From Gemmatimonadota bacterium (GTDB lineage: Bacteria; Latescibacterota; UBA2968; UBA8231), in the NCBI GenBank assembly GCA_038153405.1, contig JAYOYH010000048.1:1-32950 (forward strand): a stretch of DNA of 32,950 nt. Reading direction: 5' to 3'. Positions 16,136 to 24,859 of the stretch are shown piece by piece (within the stretch, counting starts at the first letter, position 1; each line of letters opens with the position of its first letter). Under the pieces are notes generated by a model. The model did no database searches, was not told the DNA's origin, and was given only the letters and a program-made list of their open reading frames with translations. The translations under genes and the position numbers were made by a program.

Positions 16136-17293
16136 ATGTACGATCATCTACTCCACATACACTTCAAAGACTTCGTCGACATCTGCGTAGTCGGCCTGCT
16201 CATTTGGGGGGCCATTGCCTGGGCGCGCCGCGTACACGCCATCCTAGCGCTAGTCGGCTTGCTCTTCTTATGGCTGTTCTACTTGGCCGCACTGCAGTTG
16301 GAGCTGCAGCTGACAGCCTGGTTTTTCCAAGGCTTTTTTGCCGCGCTGGTCATTTTTCTCGTCGTCGTATTCCAAGACGATTTGCGCCGCCTCTTTGAGC
16401 GCATTGCCGTATTGGGACTGCGCCGCCAGAGGCCCAAGCCGGACACTGGCCGCACCGCCGTGCTCGTGCGCGCGCTGCAGCAGTTGATCAAACGCCGATG
16501 GGGTGCGCTCATCGTCATTCCGGGACGCGATCCTATCGAACGCCACTTGCAAGGCGGCATCGCCCTAGATGCCGAGCCGAGCGAAGAGCTGCTAATCAGC
16601 CTCTTTGACAGCCATTCACCCGGTCACGACGGCGCTGTGCTGTGGCAAAACGACCGCATAACGCGCTTTGCCGTTCACCTCCCTCTATCGGAAAATCGCC
16701 AGGAGTTGGGCCCCGGCGGCACGCGGCACGCCGCCGCGCTGGGGTTGGCTGAGCGCTGCGATGCCATCTGCCTAGTCGCTTCGGAAGAACGCGGCACCTT
16801 ATCTGTGGCAGCGGCTGGCCGCCTACACCTGCTGGACGGACCCGACCAACTGCGCGAAGCCATCGAAGCGCACCTGCCCGGCAGCGCGCCGCGGATCGCC
16901 CTGCGCCCGCGTACCTTATTGCACAGAGTGCTGGAGGCGGGGACCGGCCTCTGTATGGCACTGGCCGCCTGGCTAGTGCTCGTACCCGGTGCCGCCGAGG
17001 AGCGCAGCGCGCTAAAAGTCCCTGTCGTAGTGGAAAATCTGCCCAGTGAGTTCGATATTGCCTCGATCGAACCCGATAGCGTCGAAATCGAAGTATTCGG
17101 ACCGCGCCGCGAACTCTTGCTGGCGGCCGACGGTCATTTCGTTCTTGTCATCGACGCCGATCTAGCGCGCCTAGGCCGGCGCACTTTTGCCGTCACACGC
17201 GAACAGATCCAACACGAGACGGCACTAAAAATTCTCTCCTTAAAGCAGCAAAAAGTGCGGTTATCTCTGCAGCGCAGCGACCGAGGTAACTGA
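16136..17293 (+). CDS. Membrane diadenylate cyclase (CdaA/DisA_N domain) fused to a TM and YbbR-like domain
   Basis: Three N-terminal TMs, VVFQDDLRR, GALIV, HDGA, GTRHAAA and SEERG motifs, then a TM and VPVVVENLP..SVEIEVFGPR (YbbR-like). Confidence 0.88.
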   Translation: MYDHLLHIHFKDFVDICVVGLLIWGAIAWARRVHAILALVGLLFLWLFYLAALQLELQLTAWFFQGFFAALVIFLVVVFQDDLRRLFERIAVLGLRRQRPKPDTGRTAVLVRALQQLIKRRWGALIVIPGRDPIERHLQGGIALDAEPSEELLISLFDSHSPGHDGAVLWQNDRITRFAVHLPLSENRQELGPGGTRHAAALGLAERCDAICLVASEERGTLSVAAAGRLHLLDGPDQLREAIEAHLPGSAPRIALRPRTLLHRVLEAGTGLCMALAAWLVLVPGAAEERSALKVPVVVENLPSEFDIASIEPDSVEIEVFGPRRELLLAADGHFVLVIDADLARLGRRTFAVTREQIQHETALKILSLKQQKVRLSLQRSDRGN

Positions 17294-17301
17294 CGACGCC
17301 C

Positions 17302-17331
17302 TTGCCGTACGACGCCCTGTTGCACTATAAT
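17302..17331 (+). promoter_or_regulatory. Sigma70-type promoter of the uxuA cluster
   Basis: TTGCCG (17302-17307), 18-bp spacer, TATAAT (17326-17331). Confidence 0.6.
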
Positions 17332-17395
17332 TGCCCGCGCCGGACACCGCGCGCGTTGCCCGTGCACCCCGCATGCCAACAACCAGAGGAAACCC

Positions 17396-18403
17396 ATGAA
17401 GATAGCCCTACAGAGCGGCGGCGATGAAGAGCACATGCACTTTATTCGCCAGCTCGGCCTCACCCACGTCGTCAGCGGAGCCAGCCCGTCGCCCGACGGT
17501 GTCCTCGAACGCGACGACCTGCTGAAACGAAGAGATTTTTTTGCGGAAAACGGCCTGGTTTGGGACGTCATTGAGAACCTGCCCCCGCTCTGCTACAACA
17601 AAGTCATGTTTGGCGAAGAGGGCCGCGACGAGCAAATAGACAAGGTATGCCAATCGATCCGCCATATGGGCGAAGCGGGCATCGGCGTGCTGCAGTACCA
17701 GTGGATGCTGCTGGGCGGCCTGCGCACCGAGTACAGTCCTACGGGCCGCGGCGGCGCGCGCTACCCACGCTTTGACATGGACCTAGCCGAGCGCATGCCC
17801 GCTGCCTGCTTGGACTGGCTCGGCAAAGGACCAGAGCCCCATCCTTATCCCCACATTCCCGACCGCGATATGGAGTCCGAGGAAGTGTGGTCCAACCTGA
17901 TCTACTTTCTCGAGCGCATCGTGCCCGTCGCCGAAGAAGCCGGCGTCAAAATCGCCGCCCACCCGGACGACGCCCCCGTGCCCAGCTTTATGGGCGTGGC
18001 GCGCATTCTCATCAGCTGGGACGGCCTGCAGCGCGCCATCGATAGCGTGCCCAGTCCCAATAACGGCCTCGGCTTTTGCATGGGCACGATTGGCACGATG
18101 GTCGATATGAACGTGGTCAACGCCATACGCCATTTCGGTGGCCAGCAAAAAATCTTCTTTGCCCACTTTCGCAATCCGCGCGGCCAGGTGCCCTTCTTTG
18201 ACGAAGTGTTTCCCGACGAAGGCGATATCGATATGGTCGAGGCCGTCAAGGCCTTCAACGACGTTGGCTACGACGGCGTGATTCGCATCGATCACTGCCC
18301 CGGCGTGATTGGTGACAACCGCTATGCCGACCGTTCTTTTGCCTTTCAGGTCGGCTATCTAAAGGGCCTAGTGCAAACGCTGGCCGAAGCGAGAGGTATC
18401 TGA
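17396..18403 (+). CDS. uxuA: Mannonate dehydratase family (UxuA) protein
   Basis: RGGA, FLERIVPVAEEAGVKIAAHPDD, GLGFCMGT, AHFRN, DEGDIDM, RIDH and GYLKG motifs; RBS GAGGA. Confidence 0.88.
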   Translation: MKIALQSGGDEEHMHFIRQLGLTHVVSGASPSPDGVLERDDLLKRRDFFAENGLVWDVIENLPPLCYNKVMFGEEGRDEQIDKVCQSIRHMGEAGIGVLQYQWMLLGGLRTEYSPTGRGGARYPRFDMDLAERMPAACLDWLGKGPEPHPYPHIPDRDMESEEVWSNLIYFLERIVPVAEEAGVKIAAHPDDAPVPSFMGVARILISWDGLQRAIDSVPSPNNGLGFCMGTIGTMVDMNVVNAIRHFGGQQKIFFAHFRNPRGQVPFFDEVFPDEGDIDMVEAVKAFNDVGYDGVIRIDHCPGVIGDNRYADRSFAFQVGYLKGLVQTLAEARGI

Positions 18404-18404
18404 T

Positions 18405-19130
18405 ATGCGCATTGCACTGAGCGTGCAGTTCGGCCGCGACGACCAGCTCATATTCGCCCAGCAGCTCGGCGTCGAGTGCGTGCTGGCACAAGTCGATGGC
18501 TACGACGAAAAAACGCTGGTTGCGCTAAAAAATCGCGTTGAAAAAACCGGATTGCGCCTGGCTGGAATCGACGGCCTAGCCTTAGCCGATGCCGAGCAAG
18601 CAGTCAACGCCGTGCGCAATGCGGCCACCGCCGGCATCCCTCTAATCAGCTGCACAAGGCCAAGCGCCGCGGTGGTCGCGCCCCAGCCAACCGGACGCGG
18701 CGGCGCTCTAGTTCAGACGGAGAGCGCGAGCCTATCGGCGTTCCCGCAGGGAATGGACTCCGTCGTGCAGGCGGCGGCGGAGCGCGACGTGGCGCTGGCT
18801 TGGATGGGCCGCGGCGCGCCCACCGGAACGGGCTTAGACCTGCCATTAAGCGATCTGGGCGACGACCCAGATGCCGCGCTTGGTGCGCTCGACAATCCGG
18901 TCCACATTGCGCGCGCCCACAGTGTCAAAAACGGCGCATCGTCTTTTCTCGACGAGGGCGATGTCAACCTGCCGCGCGCCATAATGGCGCTAAAAAGGTC
19001 GGGCTTTAACGGTCCCCTGCTAGCCCATCATCCGCTGGGCATGGTCGGCGATAGCGCTTGGGGCCACAAGGCCCGGGCCTATGATCTCGGCTATCTGAAA
19101 GCGGTGCTGCAGGCGCTAAACGCACTGTGA
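18405..19130 (+). CDS. Shortened UxuA-like paralogue lacking metal ligands
   Basis: Collinear with the upstream UxuA (MRIAL..QQLG, PTGRGGA, FLDEGDVNL, AYDLGYLKA), but the HPDD, Cys, HxRN and DH motifs are altered. Confidence 0.8.
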   Translation: MRIALSVQFGRDDQLIFAQQLGVECVLAQVDGYDEKTLVALKNRVEKTGLRLAGIDGLALADAEQAVNAVRNAATAGIPLISCTRPSAAVVAPQPTGRGGALVQTESASLSAFPQGMDSVVQAAAERDVALAWMGRGAPTGTGLDLPLSDLGDDPDAALGALDNPVHIARAHSVKNGASSFLDEGDVNLPRAIMALKRSGFNGPLLAHHPLGMVGDSAWGHKARAYDLGYLKAVLQALNAL

Positions 19131-19160
19131 TGTAGTGTAGAATATGTCAACTACAGAGAG

Positions 19161-19898
19161 GTGACTTTGCTGACAGATAGAGATATCGCCCATTTTAAAG
19201 AGCAGGGCTTTGTAGTCCTTCCCGACTTCATCGATGCCGAGCACATCGAAGCGTGGAACGAACAATTTTGGAGCCACGTCGCAGCCAATCCCAACAACGC
19301 CGCCAGTTGGCCCGACAACTACGTCATAGACGGCTTCAGTACCGATCCGCTCTTTGGCCACCTGCCGCAGATGCAGAACGTCGTCGAACAGCTCGGCGGC
19401 AGCCACTTTGCCGGGGGTGGCGGTTCTATGCTAGTGCAGTGGCCGCGCAGCGATGGGCATTGGCAAATGCCTTCCGTCGGCCATATCGACGGCTACGGTC
19501 CCGGCGGTTGGAGCGGCGGATTTATGCTCGGTGCTACGGCCTATTTAGAAGATGTCACAACAGAGGGCGGTGCCTTTGTCTACTGGCCGCAGAGCCATAT
19601 CAGTACCCACCAGTACTTTCTGCAGAACCCGAATCACATCGACGGCAGCTTTACCCAACGCAGCGATTGGCCAGAGCGCAACTGGGGCTTGTTTTCCGAC
19701 GCGTCGCCGCAAGGGCCCAAACAGTTTACCGCACGGGCAGGCGACGTCATCTTTTGGCACTGCTTTCTCTGCCACACGGGCTCGGCCAACATACAGCGGC
19801 GACCGCGACTGGGCCTATTTTCGCGCTGGCACCACGCCGATCGAGAAAATATGCGCTACGATATTCCAGAAGATTTATGGAAGTACTGGGCGATCTGA
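19161..19898 (+). CDS. PhyH family Fe(II)/2OG oxygenase
   Basis: HFKEQGFV N-terminus, GHID (HxD), WPQSH and AGDVIFWH..LCHTGSAN motifs. Confidence 0.85.
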   Translation: MTLLTDRDIAHFKEQGFVVLPDFIDAEHIEAWNEQFWSHVAANPNNAASWPDNYVIDGFSTDPLFGHLPQMQNVVEQLGGSHFAGGGGSMLVQWPRSDGHWQMPSVGHIDGYGPGGWSGGFMLGATAYLEDVTTEGGAFVYWPQSHISTHQYFLQNPNHIDGSFTQRSDWPERNWGLFSDASPQGPKQFTARAGDVIFWHCFLCHTGSANIQRRPRLGLFSRWHHADRENMRYDIPEDLWKYWAI

Positions 19899-19958
19899 AC
19901 TGGCGGTACGGTACGCGCCTCACCGCGCAAAGACCGCGGCCGATAACGGAGAGCTATC

Positions 19959-21113
19959 ATGCACAAATGCATTCTTTGCGCCCTGCTCATTGCCGCTGCG
20001 TATCTGCTGGCCGCCTGCGAAAAATCGCCCAAGCAGGCGCGGCGCGAACTCGTCGAAAAGGGCTATAGCTACTCGCGGGATGACTTTGCCAAAGCGCTAA
20101 CGGCAGAAGACAGCAGCGCCGTGGGGCTCTTTCTGTTGGCGGGCATGGATGTCCACGCCGTCAGCGGTGGCTACGTCGCGCTGGAACACGCCGCATTCAG
20201 CCGCCCGATGGTCACAGCCCTGCTAGCGGCCGGCGCCGATCCCAACACCAGCGGCGGCGTGGCGACCCCGCTGACCGAAGCGGCGGCGCGCGGCGATGTG
20301 GCCACCGTCGAACTGCTGCTGCAACAAGGCGCCGATCCCAACCTCGGCGATGCGACGGACAGCACGCCGCTCATGGCCGCCTGCAAGCGCGGCGACATCG
20401 CCACAGTCACAGCTCTGCTGGCGGCCGGAGCCGATCCCAATCGGCGCTCCGCGCTGGGCAGCACCGCCCTCGCCCTAGCGCAGGCGGCCGGCCGCGACGA
20501 TATTGCGGCCGCGCTGGACAACGCCGGAGCCACCCAGGCGCGCGGCCCCGATCTGACGGCCCTCACGGACCCGACCCAGTTGAACGAAGTGGCGCCAGCG
20601 CGCTACGCCGTGCGCTTTTCTACCAGCGCGGGCGACTTTCGCATCGAGGTGCAGCGCACCTGGGCTCCCAACGCGGCGGACCGCTTTTACAACTTGGTCA
20701 GGCGCGGTTTTTTCGACGATCAGCGCTTTTTCCGCGTCGTGCCCGGACGCCTAGTGCAGTTCGGCCTGCACGGGCTACCGGAAATCGCCGGGCGCTGGTA
20801 CCGGGCAACCCTGCCCGACGAGGGCGCTCTCCTGCTCAACGAGCGCGGCACGCTGGCCTTTGCCAGCGACGGCTCGCCCAATAGCCGCACGACGCAGATC
20901 TTCGTCAACCTGAGTGACAACGGCGACTTTGACGACGTGGGTTTTGTGCCGTTTGCGCGCGTGACAGAGGGAATAAAAGCGATCGAGCAAATGCACGCCG
21001 GCTACGGCGAGGTGCCGGAACAGGCCCGCATTCTGCGCGAGGGCAACGGCTACTTGCAGCGCAGTTTTCCCGCGCTCGACTTCGTTGTTGAAGCGCGTTT
21101 GTTGAAAGACTAA
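19959..21113 (+). CDS. Lipoprotein with ankyrin repeats fused to a cyclophilin-type PPIase
   Basis: Lipobox LAAC; repeats of TPL.EAA.RGD...V..LL..GADPN; cyclophilin motifs WAPNAADRFYNLV, FFRVVPG..VQFG and NSRTTQIFVNL; RBS GGAG. Confidence 0.9.
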   Translation: MHKCILCALLIAAAYLLAACEKSPKQARRELVEKGYSYSRDDFAKALTAEDSSAVGLFLLAGMDVHAVSGGYVALEHAAFSRPMVTALLAAGADPNTSGGVATPLTEAAARGDVATVELLLQQGADPNLGDATDSTPLMAACKRGDIATVTALLAAGADPNRRSALGSTALALAQAAGRDDIAAALDNAGATQARGPDLTALTDPTQLNEVAPARYAVRFSTSAGDFRIEVQRTWAPNAADRFYNLVRRGFFDDQRFFRVVPGRLVQFGLHGLPEIAGRWYRATLPDEGALLLNERGTLAFASDGSPNSRTTQIFVNLSDNGDFDDVGFVPFARVTEGIKAIEQMHAGYGEVPEQARILREGNGYLQRSFPALDFVVEARLLKD

Positions 21114-21117
21114 CATC

Positions 21118-21146
21118 TTGCGCTCCAACAACGTGTGCGTTATGTT
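21118..21146 (+). promoter_or_regulatory. Putative sigma70 promoter of the RpoZ-like gene
   Basis: TTGCGC (21118-21123), 17-bp spacer, TATGTT (21141-21146); RBS GGGAG at 21197-21201. Confidence 0.45.
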
Positions 21147-21208
21147 TAAAGCTTGTACAAGATTGTTTTATCTCGTGTAGCAGCGCACTATTTATCGGGA
21201 GTTACCAG

Positions 21209-21436
21209 ATGATAGATTCCATGTTTTCGCGAGAAGTTGCACTACGCTTGGAGAAAGAGAATAATGCCTTTGTGACGTGCCGCGCGCTGTCTATACGGGC
21301 GCGCGACGTCAACGTGAGCCGCAAAGCGCGCGATGTCAATATCGAAACCATCCCCTCCGAGCCCAATGCTTCTGCGAGCGCTATGATCGACCTAACCGAA
21401 AAGCGCATCAGCTTTAGCGGAATAGATAGGGAATAA
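21209..21436 (+). CDS. RNA polymerase omega subunit-like protein
   Basis: 75 aa with RBS. NNAFVTCRALSIRARDVN resembles omega CR1 (N.Y.LV..AAKRARQ.N), and PNASASAMIDLTEKRISF resembles CR3 (KP...AL.E...GK..F). Confidence 0.6.
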   Translation: MIDSMFSREVALRLEKENNAFVTCRALSIRARDVNVSRKARDVNIETIPSEPNASASAMIDLTEKRISFSGIDRE

Positions 21437-21518
21437 GACACCAGCAAAAAACTGCGCAAATGGGTCGGCGATCTCTCGGGATCACCGACCCATTTGCGTT
21501 TGCAGCGCGCGATGAGGG

Positions 21519-21917
21519 TCAGTCTTCTTCGATGATGTCTTCTAAGTGATCGGCCACATACACTTCTATCAGCTGGACGGTGTGCGAATCGATGCTCGTA
21601 AAGCGCCAGCCCGTGCAAAAATGGGGCTTTTCGCCCATGCCCCAGCACAGTTCCGCCTCCACGCGGGGCAGCGGCGGCTGTAGCCCCTTCAGCCGCAGCC
21701 GCATCCACGCTTTGCCATCGTCGGAAAGCAGTCGGCGCACGCTTTCGGCATCGCCGCCTTCTAAGCGAATGCCCTGCGTACTCAAATCGAGTGCCAGCAA
21801 TCCCGTATAGTACAGCGGATCGGTGTTGGGTATTTCAACGTCTGCCATCCAGTGAACTCTGACGCGCGGAGAGCTCCTGCGCTTCAGTGCAAACCAGTCT
21901 TTCCATTCCTCTATCAT
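21519..21917 (-). CDS. Single-domain PilZ protein (candidate c-di-GMP receptor)
   Basis: RRSSPRV (RxxxR) and DLSTQG (DxSxxG) motifs, then EAELCW and GWRF. Confidence 0.8.
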   Translation of the reverse strand: MIEEWKDWFALKRRSSPRVRVHWMADVEIPNTDPLYYTGLLALDLSTQGIRLEGGDAESVRRLLSDDGKAWMRLRLKGLQPPLPRVEAELCWGMGEKPHFCTGWRFTSIDSHTVQLIEVYVADHLEDIIEED

Positions 21918-22026
21918 GCGTGTAATTTAACTTAGAACAGATATATTGTGAAGCGAATAACGTCCATCGGTTTGCGCCGCATTATGCGTTAGCAGCCAAC
22001 ATACATAATACATATCGGAGCGCTCT

Positions 22027-22962
22027 ATGGTAGAAAAACTCATCTGCCCGCGGCGGCGTTGGGGCCAAACCGAACTCTCGATTCCCGTAGTGCCCTTTGG
22101 CACGCAGGGCTTTGGCGATAACTTTGGCCCCGTAAGCGAGCGAGAGGCGCTCGATTTAATGCGCCGCGCCGTCGATATCGGCGTCAACCACTTTGACTGT
22201 GCGCGCTGCTACGGCAACTCGCTGGGCAAACTCGCCTTGGCGCTCAGAGAGGGCGTTATCGACCGCAGTGAAATTATTATCAGCGGGCGCGTTTGCCACC
22301 ACAGCGCCGCCGAATGGGGCTTTTACGGACAGGGCGATCCCGACTATTCGGCCGAGCGCACGCTGGCCGACGTGCGCGACCAATTAGCTCTTCTAGGTAT
22401 CGAAAAATTCGACGTGCTCTTCATACACGATCCGCCACACGTCGAACCCACGCTGGCAGCCGGCGGTTCGTTAGAGGGCTTGGAGCAGGCCCGTCAACTA
22501 GGTCTGGTGGACTTTATCGGATACGGTATGAATCCGCATGCAGCGCATCTAGCGGCCATCGAATCGGGACGCATTGAAGCACTGCTGTGTTTCAGCGACT
22601 ACAACTTGCTGCGCCAGACGGCGGCAGACGACATTCTACCGGCTGCCGCCGCGCGCGACTTGGGTGTGCTCAACGGCTGGTCCATCATGCGCGGTTGGCT
22701 GACGGGCGTGCCGGTAGAGCACTTCGTTCCCAAAGACAAGTGGGGCGATGACCAGCGCCGCGCCGACGCCATGCGCCAGTGGTGCGCCGAGTACGACGTT
22801 GAATTGCTCGACTTGGCGCTGCAGTTCTGCCTGCGCGAGAAGCGCATCCACGGCCACCCGATAGGCAGCCTCAATATTGCCCAGCTAGAGCGCAACGTGC
22901 GCGCTGCTGGTGCCAAAATTGCCGATGAGATGCTAACGCGCTTTCGCGCTGCCGATTTCTAA
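22027..22962 (+). CDS. Aldo/keto reductase
   Basis: RRWGQTEL..FG, GVNHFDCARCYG, LFIHDP, YNLL and ALQFCL motifs; RBS GGAG. Confidence 0.88.
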   Translation: MVEKLICPRRRWGQTELSIPVVPFGTQGFGDNFGPVSEREALDLMRRAVDIGVNHFDCARCYGNSLGKLALALREGVIDRSEIIISGRVCHHSAAEWGFYGQGDPDYSAERTLADVRDQLALLGIEKFDVLFIHDPPHVEPTLAAGGSLEGLEQARQLGLVDFIGYGMNPHAAHLAAIESGRIEALLCFSDYNLLRQTAADDILPAAAARDLGVLNGWSIMRGWLTGVPVEHFVPKDKWGDDQRRADAMRQWCAEYDVELLDLALQFCLREKRIHGHPIGSLNIAQLERNVRAAGAKIADEMLTRFRAADF

Positions 22963-23154
22963 TCGCTAACCCATACTAGCAGGATCAACAGATAATATGC
23001 TGAGGTATCGCCGATTTCGTGTACGTGCTTCTATTTCATTTTTACAGCAATTTTGACATATTTAATACACCACTACGCACTTTTTGACTTTTTTATTTTA
23101 ATCCCCTTCTCATACTCCGTCGCACCCTAACGGACACATAAATGGAGTGAGCAC

Positions 23155-24858
23155 ATGGCACTAGGCGACGGAATCGAATCCTACCCAGCTGCGCAAGCAC
23201 GCATAGTCGAGTTGGAAGAACGATTGGAGCGATACGTTCTTCAGCAGCGCGTCTTAGATGCAAAAAACCGAGTGCGAGTGTCCGTGTTGAGCATGACAGT
23301 GGAGAACGATTGGCCACGCATCATATTAGACGCCAACGACGAGTTGAGCCACTTCATTGAATTTAATGCGTTCAGAGTCAATATCTTCGATCCGGGAAAC
23401 GGAAACCAATTTTTTAGCCTGTACGAGATCCATGACGGGGTAAATGTCGATTTAAAACAATTGGTGCCAACATACCCTGCACTAGACCTCGCCTTCACCA
23501 GTGGCATTCCCAGCTCCCGCCGAAGCAGGAGCGAGATCAACCGCTTGGACGGCATCGTTGCGGAAGACACTACTCAATCTGCTGTCGACGTTCCTTTTTC
23601 CGGCGGCACGATCTCTATAATATCCGACATAGAGGACGCGTTTTCTGAGCAAGATGTCATCGTAGTTGGTCTGTTTTGCAACGTAATTGATGAAGCGTTT
23701 CACCGCCTCAGCGATATCCGCAAGATTCGGCGACGAGACCAACTGTTACACCAGAAGCAACACCTAGAATCCGTCGGCCACCTCACCGCCGGCGTAGCCC
23801 ACAATTTCAACAATATGCTGCAAGGCATCATGGGCAATATCTATATGGCCAAAATGGTGGCCTCATCCGAAAAACAACTCGGGATACTTGCGAAGTCCGA
23901 GAGTGCAGGGCTGCGTGCTGCCCAACTCGTGCGCCAACTAATACTGTCGGTCAAACCCACTCCACCGAACGACAAAAGCTCAATGGATCCAACGGAGCGC
24001 ATCCAAGCTATCATCGACCTCGCGCGTAGCACTTTTGATCCCCGCATCGAGGTCTCTGTGGACATCGCGAACGATATCCCGCCGATCAATATGGATCCCA
24101 GCTATTTTGAACAGGTCATACTCAACATCCTGCTCAATGCCCGCGACGCCCTCACGGAGGGCGCCCAAGCCAGAATCGACAAACCGCTGATCAATGTCCA
24201 TATGAGCGTAGGACGAAGCAATCTACCGGGTATGGAGGGAATTGACTACCTGTGCGTCAGCATAGTGGACAACGGCATGGGGATGGATGAAGTAACGCGC
24301 CTGCAAATCTACGAGCCCTTTTTTACGACCAAGTCCCCTGATAGAGGCACCGGCTTGGGCCTTTCGACCGTCCGCAGCATTGTGGAAAATCAGGGAGGCC
24401 ACATTGTGTGCATCAGCAATCAGGGCGAGGGCACTTCCTTTAGGGTATTTATAAAGCTCAATCATAGCGAGGTGCCCAAACATACGAACGAAAAACTCGC
24501 CACGATACTCGTCGTCGACGACGAGTACTTAGTGCGCGATTCGACGGAGGCCATCCTCAAACACCACGGCTTTACGACGCTGACAGCCTGCGATGGCCAG
24601 GAGGCCGTCGAGAGGTTTCGCCGCCACAGCCCCGAACTCGTGCTGCTAGATTTATCCATGCCCAAGATGTCGGGCACCGAGACCTTTGCGGCCATGCGGA
24701 AGATCAATCCAACAGCCAAGATACTGATCTACACAGGTGATGAAAACGAATTGGCGTCGAATTCGTTTGAGGATACTTTCGTTATACGCAAACCCTACTT
24801 GGCTTCAGATCTGGTAAAAGTGATTGAAGACATTCTCGGTGTGCAACAGGAGGTCTGA
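23155..24858 (+). CDS. Cytoplasmic hybrid histidine kinase (GAF-HisKA-HATPase-REC)
   Basis: ESVGHLTAGVAHNFNNML, NILLNARDA, DNGMGM, EPFFTTK, GTGLGL and LLDLSMP motifs. Confidence 0.92.
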   Translation: MALGDGIESYPAAQARIVELEERLERYVLQQRVLDAKNRVRVSVLSMTVENDWPRIILDANDELSHFIEFNAFRVNIFDPGNGNQFFSLYEIHDGVNVDLKQLVPTYPALDLAFTSGIPSSRRSRSEINRLDGIVAEDTTQSAVDVPFSGGTISIISDIEDAFSEQDVIVVGLFCNVIDEAFHRLSDIRKIRRRDQLLHQKQHLESVGHLTAGVAHNFNNMLQGIMGNIYMAKMVASSEKQLGILAKSESAGLRAAQLVRQLILSVKPTPPNDKSSMDPTERIQAIIDLARSTFDPRIEVSVDIANDIPPINMDPSYFEQVILNILLNARDALTEGAQARIDKPLINVHMSVGRSNLPGMEGIDYLCVSIVDNGMGMDEVTRLQIYEPFFTTKSPDRGTGLGLSTVRSIVENQGGHIVCISNQGEGTSFRVFIKLNHSEVPKHTNEKLATILVVDDEYLVRDSTEAILKHHGFTTLTACDGQEAVERFRRHSPELVLLDLSMPKMSGTETFAAMRKINPTAKILIYTGDENELASNSFEDTFVIRKPYLASDLVKVIEDILGVQQEV

Positions 24859-24859
24859 A

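Noticed and set aside
11748..20100. Many alternative-frame and antisense ORFs (e.g. 11748-12512, 14277-15077, 19253-20068)
   Set aside because: They overlap well-supported genes, are Arg/Ala/Pro-rich and have no motifs, as expected for GC-rich shadow ORFs.
20220..20520. Repeated GCCGATCCCAA DNA units
   Set aside because: They encode the GADPN motif of ankyrin repeats and are not a CRISPR or REP array.
23053..23116. TTGACA and TTGACT hexamers upstream of the GAF kinases
   Set aside because: No convincing -10 element lies at 16-18 bp from either, so no specific promoter was called.
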